From positions 636,310 to 700,309 of the forward strand of contig CBDAOU010000001.1 in assembly GCA_965198185.1 (NCBI GenBank): a DNA stretch of 64,000 nt, written 5' to 3'. A program made the position numbers and the translations under genes. Under the pieces are notes generated by a model. It had not been told where the DNA came from. It saw nothing but the letters and a program-made list of their open reading frames with translations, and ran no database searches. Of this stretch, positions 59,517-64,000 are shown in pieces (position 1 is the stretch's first letter; every line of letters starts with the position of its first letter). The stretch is from Chloroflexota bacterium (GTDB lineage: Bacteria > Chloroflexota > UBA11872).

Positions 59517-61133
59517 ATGTTGGGGCCTCAGGCAAGAGCCGTTACGGGTGTCGTATTCGCCAGGCAGCGGATGGCGAGCTTGGCGTCGCGCCGGTGGTTT
59601 CTGCCGATCGGCTCGGTGGTGAAGGACGGCGTCCTGGAAAGCAACGCCTGGAGCCTCGATGTGGCTCGCGCCGCGGTGCTGACGCTGCTGGCGGGCCTGA
59701 TCTATCTGCTTTCGTCCGGAGCCCACGCGTACAGCGTCGACGAGATCACCAACTACGCATCGGCCCGAGCGCTGGTGGAAACGGGCAGCCCGGACCTGTC
59801 AGGCGAGCAACCGTTTCCCCGCGAACAGTTGCTGACGCTGCGGCACCCGTCCATGGACAGGGTGACCGGACGCTATGGCCTGCTCTCGTGGGTGGGGATG
59901 GCACCGGCCTACCTCGTGGCTCGCTGGACCGATTCAATGCCGCCGCCGCCGTCGCCGACGTTTCCCCAACCGAGCGCGGTGCGGCCGGTGGCCGCGCTCC
60001 TCTACGCGCCGGCGATCGCTGCGCTCCTGGTGGGCGCAACCTATCTGCTTGGGCGCAACCTTGGCCTGCGACCCCGCAACGCTGCCGCGGCGGCGCTGGT
60101 GCTGGCGTTTGCCAGTCCTCTCTGGGTGTACGCGCAGGGCCTGGCCAACATCCCGCTCGCCGCGCTGTTCAGTGTGCTGGCGTTCGTCGCGGTCACCGGA
60201 TCGCGCTCGGGCTCGGGCGCATGGGCGGTGGCCGGCGGGCTCGCCGGTCTTGCCGCGCTCACGCGGACCGAATTCGTGGTCCTTGCGCCTGCGGTCGGCG
60301 CGTTGAGCGTGTTCCGCGGTGAGCGACTTTCGCGGGCCGGGCTCACCCGCGGGCTGGCGTTTGCGGTGGCATGGGCCGTCGTGGTCGTCCCGGGCATCGG
60401 GCTGTGGAACCTGTACCGAACGGGGGACTTCTTCGACGTCGGCTACCGGTCGGCCTCAATCCTCTGGCAAACGGACCGGGCCCATATCGGAATCTTCGGG
60501 GTGCTGGCCAGTCCGAGCTTTGGGCTGATGGTTTTCATGCCCGTCGCCGCAATCGGCCTGTGGGGGATGCTCGGCGCGACGTCCCGCCGGCCGATCTGGC
60601 TGACCATGCTGGCGCTGATTGTTCTCGCGGTTATCGGCTACGGGTCGTTTGACGACTGGTCCGGTGGGGTCTCCTGGGGACCTCGATACCTGACGGCCGT
60701 CACGCCGTTCTTGGCGCTAGGCATCGGCCTGGCTATGCAGGCGCCGTCAACGACCCTGGGTATGCGCCTTGTCACGCTGGGGCTGGCGGCGTGGTCGACC
60801 GGAGTTTCGGTGCTGGGCGTGCTCTTCGACTACCAATCGGGCTGGCGAAATCTCTGGGAGCACACGTCGCGTCTTGAACAGATCGAGTGGAATCCCCATT
60901 TCTCGTTGATCGGCGCCCACCTGCGGCTGGCCCGCCAGTGGGTCGACGGACTGATCGGCCCCGATCTGTTCGTGGTGCACCGGCTCGGCGCCTGGACGAT
61001 CGCCGTGCTAGCAGTGGGGCTGGTGGTGGTTCTGGGCCTAGCCGTGGCCATTGAGACCCGCAGCGTTGTGCTCGGCGGGCGGCACCGTAAGGACGCGCTA
61101 GCGGGACCGACGACGGATGTTCACGCTGGCTGA
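59517..61133 (+). CDS. Polytopic membrane glycosyltransferase (GT-C, PMT/ArnT-like); start uncertain (Met at 59571 is an alternative)
   Basis: YSVDE..NY..A acidic loop, SPLWVY, TRTE, WN.YRTG, SP.FGL..F.P and WGPRY motifs. Confidence 0.72.
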   Translation: MLGPQARAVTGVVFARQRMASLASRRWFLPIGSVVKDGVLESNAWSLDVARAAVLTLLAGLIYLLSSGAHAYSVDEITNYASARALVETGSPDLSGEQPFPREQLLTLRHPSMDRVTGRYGLLSWVGMAPAYLVARWTDSMPPPPSPTFPQPSAVRPVAALLYAPAIAALLVGATYLLGRNLGLRPRNAAAAALVLAFASPLWVYAQGLANIPLAALFSVLAFVAVTGSRSGSGAWAVAGGLAGLAALTRTEFVVLAPAVGALSVFRGERLSRAGLTRGLAFAVAWAVVVVPGIGLWNLYRTGDFFDVGYRSASILWQTDRAHIGIFGVLASPSFGLMVFMPVAAIGLWGMLGATSRRPIWLTMLALIVLAVIGYGSFDDWSGGVSWGPRYLTAVTPFLALGIGLAMQAPSTTLGMRLVTLGLAAWSTGVSVLGVLFDYQSGWRNLWEHTSRLEQIEWNPHFSLIGAHLRLARQWVDGLIGPDLFVVHRLGAWTIAVLAVGLVVVLGLAVAIETRSVVLGGRHRKDALAGPTTDVHAG

Positions 61134-62530
61134 TGCGTTGGGGACCGAGCAGAGATGGGCGGCCGCGGGCGGACGCTTGCCACGAGGAGGACTGGAATGA
61201 GGGTGATCATGGTCAGTGCGATGACTAGGTCCGCCGCCAGCAACCACCAACGCGGATCGGTGGTGAGAAGCCGCCATATCGCGGCCAGCTTGCTCAGGGT
61301 TGGCTCGGGCGCGCTGTAGGCCACGAATTCCAGGTTCTGGTCCGGCCACGCCAACGCGCCGTTGATCCAGAGCCGGCCATCCGCATAGCGATCACCTTTC
61401 GTCGCGCCAACGCCAAGCTCGGCGCCGGTCTGGACATCGGCCGTTACCTGTAGGGCCAGCAGCTGGCCCTCGGCGGCGCTGACTGGCGGCAGAAGCTCAA
61501 TGTCTTTCCAGCGCGGGCAGTCACCAGCCGGGACCTCGACGGACCCTTCAGCATGAGTGCGGTCTGGCGCTTCGAGGGGGGTGACGCGAACCGCGACCGT
61601 CGCGGGACCGCCCCGCTCGCAATTTGACAGAAGGAGCCTGATGCTCTGCACGGGCGTGGCGGGCATGCGGAGCTCCTGAACCACAGCTTCGTGCCGCTGG
61701 AGGCTCAACCCAAAGGCGCCCGAGCGCATGTTTGGGGCCAGCGCCTCCGCCAACGGCGCACGGAAGAGGAAACCCACCGCAAGGCCGCCAAGCACGGCCA
61801 GCGCCGCGATCGACGCGACGAGCGACCGGTGCCAGCGGCCGCCGAAGAGGGGATAGGGCGGCAGACGTCCCTCTCGCAACACGATGACCGCGCTCAGTCC
61901 AATCAGCAGCGTTCCGCTGTACTCCAGGGTCTCTTCGACCACGAAAGCCAACGCCAACGCTCGCCCGCCGAACAGCCACTGATCAAGCGCATCCTGCACG
62001 AGCGCCAACACCCAGCAGGCGATCCCGAGCGTCAGCGGCGCGCGGGTCGCCGGCCCGCCCAGCCCGTTGCGGACGAAGATCCACATCGCCAGCACAAACG
62101 CGACGACCAGCGGACTCACCAGGACCTGCCACGACAGGCCCAGGCGTTCGGCGTGCCCGACGACCGAGATAGGACCAGCCCTCTTGAAGTCAAAGAGCTC
62201 TCCATAGGTCAACGCCGCCGCCGTCAGCGCCAGCGCGGCCCAGCCCCCAACGGCAATCCAGCCGGCCGAGCGGCGGCGGCTGATCACGGCCGCGGCGAGC
62301 GCAAGCACCGTCACGCATGCCAAAGTGGCGGCGGCCACCGAGTTCGCAATCGTGCCTTCGCTGTTGGCGTCGAGCCGGCCCAGGGTGGCGTCCCAGGGCG
62401 GGAGCAGCGCCGGGAATGCCAGGCTGAAAAGATGGGTCCCGACGTAGCCGCCCCACCAGAAGGCCACCACGCCCAGCAGCAGCAGCCGTGCAGTGCAACC
62501 CACCAGCCGCCAGGCAGAGCCTCGGGTCAT
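61121..62530 (-). CDS. Hypothetical membrane protein with extracytoplasmic C-terminal domain, paralog 1
   Basis: DAN.EGTIAN, multiple TMs, EET.E.SG, soluble domain with D.Y.DG.L..NG, C-terminal TM. Confidence 0.75.
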   Translation of the reverse strand: MTRGSAWRLVGCTARLLLLGVVAFWWGGYVGTHLFSLAFPALLPPWDATLGRLDANSEGTIANSVAAATLACVTVLALAAAVISRRRSAGWIAVGGWAALALTAAALTYGELFDFKRAGPISVVGHAERLGLSWQVLVSPLVVAFVLAMWIFVRNGLGGPATRAPLTLGIACWVLALVQDALDQWLFGGRALALAFVVEETLEYSGTLLIGLSAVIVLREGRLPPYPLFGGRWHRSLVASIAALAVLGGLAVGFLFRAPLAEALAPNMRSGAFGLSLQRHEAVVQELRMPATPVQSIRLLLSNCERGGPATVAVRVTPLEAPDRTHAEGSVEVPAGDCPRWKDIELLPPVSAAEGQLLALQVTADVQTGAELGVGATKGDRYADGRLWINGALAWPDQNLEFVAYSAPEPTLSKLAAIWRLLTTDPRWWLLAADLVIALTMITLIPVLLVASVRPRPPISARSPTHQPA

Positions 62531-62743
62531 CGGGCGGTTGGTCGGCTCATGTCAGGCGGCACTGGCGCGTCTTGGGCGCTCGGGCGGATGGCACGCACTG
62601 CTGAGCCTACAGCGGGCGGCGCACCGAAGCCGGCGAGACGACGCCACCCGCCGCTCCATCTCGGCGGAGCCAAGCGCTGAGATGGAAGCGAGAACTGCCC
62701 ATGAGCCCTGTGGACGTGCCCCATCGGATCCGGCCACGGCTAT

Positions 62744-64000
62744 TCACGCTGGCTGATGCGTTGAGGAACGAGCAGCGATGGGCCGCAACGGGCGGAGGCT
62801 CACCACGAGGAGGACTGGAATAAAGATGATCATGGTCAGCGCGACGGCGGCGTCCGCCGCCAGCAGCAGCCAGCGCGGATCGGTGGTGAGAAGCCGCCAT
62901 ATCGCGACCAGCTTGCTCAGGGTCGGCTCGGGCGCGCTGTAGGCGACAAACTCCAGGTTCTGATCCGGCCAGGCCAACGCGCCGTTGACCCAGAGCCGGC
63001 CATCCGCATAGCGATCGCCTTTCGTCGCGCCAACGCGAAGCTCGGCGCCGGGCTCAACGTCAGCCGCTACCTGCAGGGCCAGCAGCCGGCCCTCGGCGGC
63101 GGTGAGTGGCGGCAGGAGCTCAATGTCTTTCCAGCGCGGGCAGTCACCTACGGGGACCTGGACCGACCCCTCGGCAAGGACACGGTCGGGCGCCTCGAGG
63201 GGGGTGACGCGAACTGCGATCGTTCCCGAACGACCGGTTGGCTGACAATTCGACAGGAGCAGCCCAACGCTCCGCACCGGTGTGGCGGGCATGCGGAATT
63301 CCTGGACCACGGCTTCCTGCCGGCTGAGGCTTACGCTGAAGGCGCCCGCGCGCGTGTAGGGCGCCAGCGCCTCCACCAACGGCGCGCGGAAGAGGAAACC
63401 CACCGCAAGGCCGCCAAGCACGGCCAGCGCCGCGATCGACCCAACGAGCGACCGGCGCCAGCGGCCGCCGAATAGGGGATACGGCGGCGGATGGCCCTCT
63501 CGCAACACGATGGCCGCGCTCAGCCCAATCAGCAGGGTTCCGCTGAACTCCGCGGTTTCTTCGAGCACATACCCCAGCGCCACCGCTCCACCGGTGGGCA
63601 TCCACCGCCCGATCGCCTCCTGCGCGAGCGCAAACACCCAGCAAGCGACTCCGAGCGTCAGCGGCGCGCGGGCAGGCGGCACGTCTAGACCCTTGCGGAT
63701 GAAGATCCACATCGCCAGCACGAATACGACGACCAGCGGACTCACCAGAACGGGCCATGGAAGCCCCACGCGTCCCGCCTGCTCGAAGAGAGAGATCGGA
63801 CCCCGCTCTTTGAACTCGGCAAGCTCCTCGAAGGTCAAGGCCGCCGTCGTCAGGGCCACCGCAGCCCAACCGCCAACGGCAATCCAACCGGCCGAGCGGC
63901 GGCGGTTGACGACGGCCGCGGCGACCGCGAGCAGCGTCACGCACGCAAAGGTCGCGGCGGACACCGTGTTCGCAATCGTGCCTTCGTTGTCCGCATCCAA
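62744..64000 (-). CDS. Hypothetical membrane protein, paralog 2 (5' end beyond window)
   Basis: Colinear with and highly similar to 61121-62530 in protein and DNA. Confidence 0.75.
   Translation of the reverse strand: MDADNEGTIANTVSAATFACVTLLAVAAAVVNRRRSAGWIAVGGWAAVALTTAALTFEELAEFKERGPISLFEQAGRVGLPWPVLVSPLVVVFVLAMWIFIRKGLDVPPARAPLTLGVACWVFALAQEAIGRWMPTGGAVALGYVLEETAEFSGTLLIGLSAAIVLREGHPPPYPLFGGRWRRSLVGSIAALAVLGGLAVGFLFRAPLVEALAPYTRAGAFSVSLSRQEAVVQEFRMPATPVRSVGLLLSNCQPTGRSGTIAVRVTPLEAPDRVLAEGSVQVPVGDCPRWKDIELLPPLTAAEGRLLALQVAADVEPGAELRVGATKGDRYADGRLWVNGALAWPDQNLEFVAYSAPEPTLSKLVAIWRLLTTDPRWLLLAADAAVALTMIIFIPVLLVVSLRPLRPIAARSSTHQPA

Overview
High-GC bacterial chromosome segment; gene content and style suggest a Chloroflexota (Dehalococcoidia-like) genome, which is an inference. 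A housekeeping backbone (cysS-ispF-fpr-ispD-radA-clpC-rpsA, two tRNA-Ser genes, an Opp/Dpp ABC transporter, nudC, ilvD, recJ, relA/spoT) is interrupted by small accessory blocks. These include type II toxin-antitoxin modules, clan AA aspartic proteases, an orphan restriction specificity (TRD) cassette, an ABC-ATPase + TOPRIM-like pair, a Fic protein, REP/REPIN-like palindromes, tandem paralog pairs, several pseudogenes and a GT2/GT-C glycosylation locus. The most striking element is an intact, translationally coupled phage DNA-packaging triad (portal, small TerS-like ORF, large terminase; 55712-58909). It has its own sigma70-type promoter with a palindromic operator, but no capsid, tail, integrase or lysis genes are recognisable in the window, so it is a candidate domesticated (GTA-like or packaging-interference) module. 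A second recurring theme is local duplication or retention of gene 3' ends (rpsA, oppF, M20 peptidase, higB, xdhC) at the borders of accessory DNA. All family assignments come from motif recognition by eye; no searches were run.
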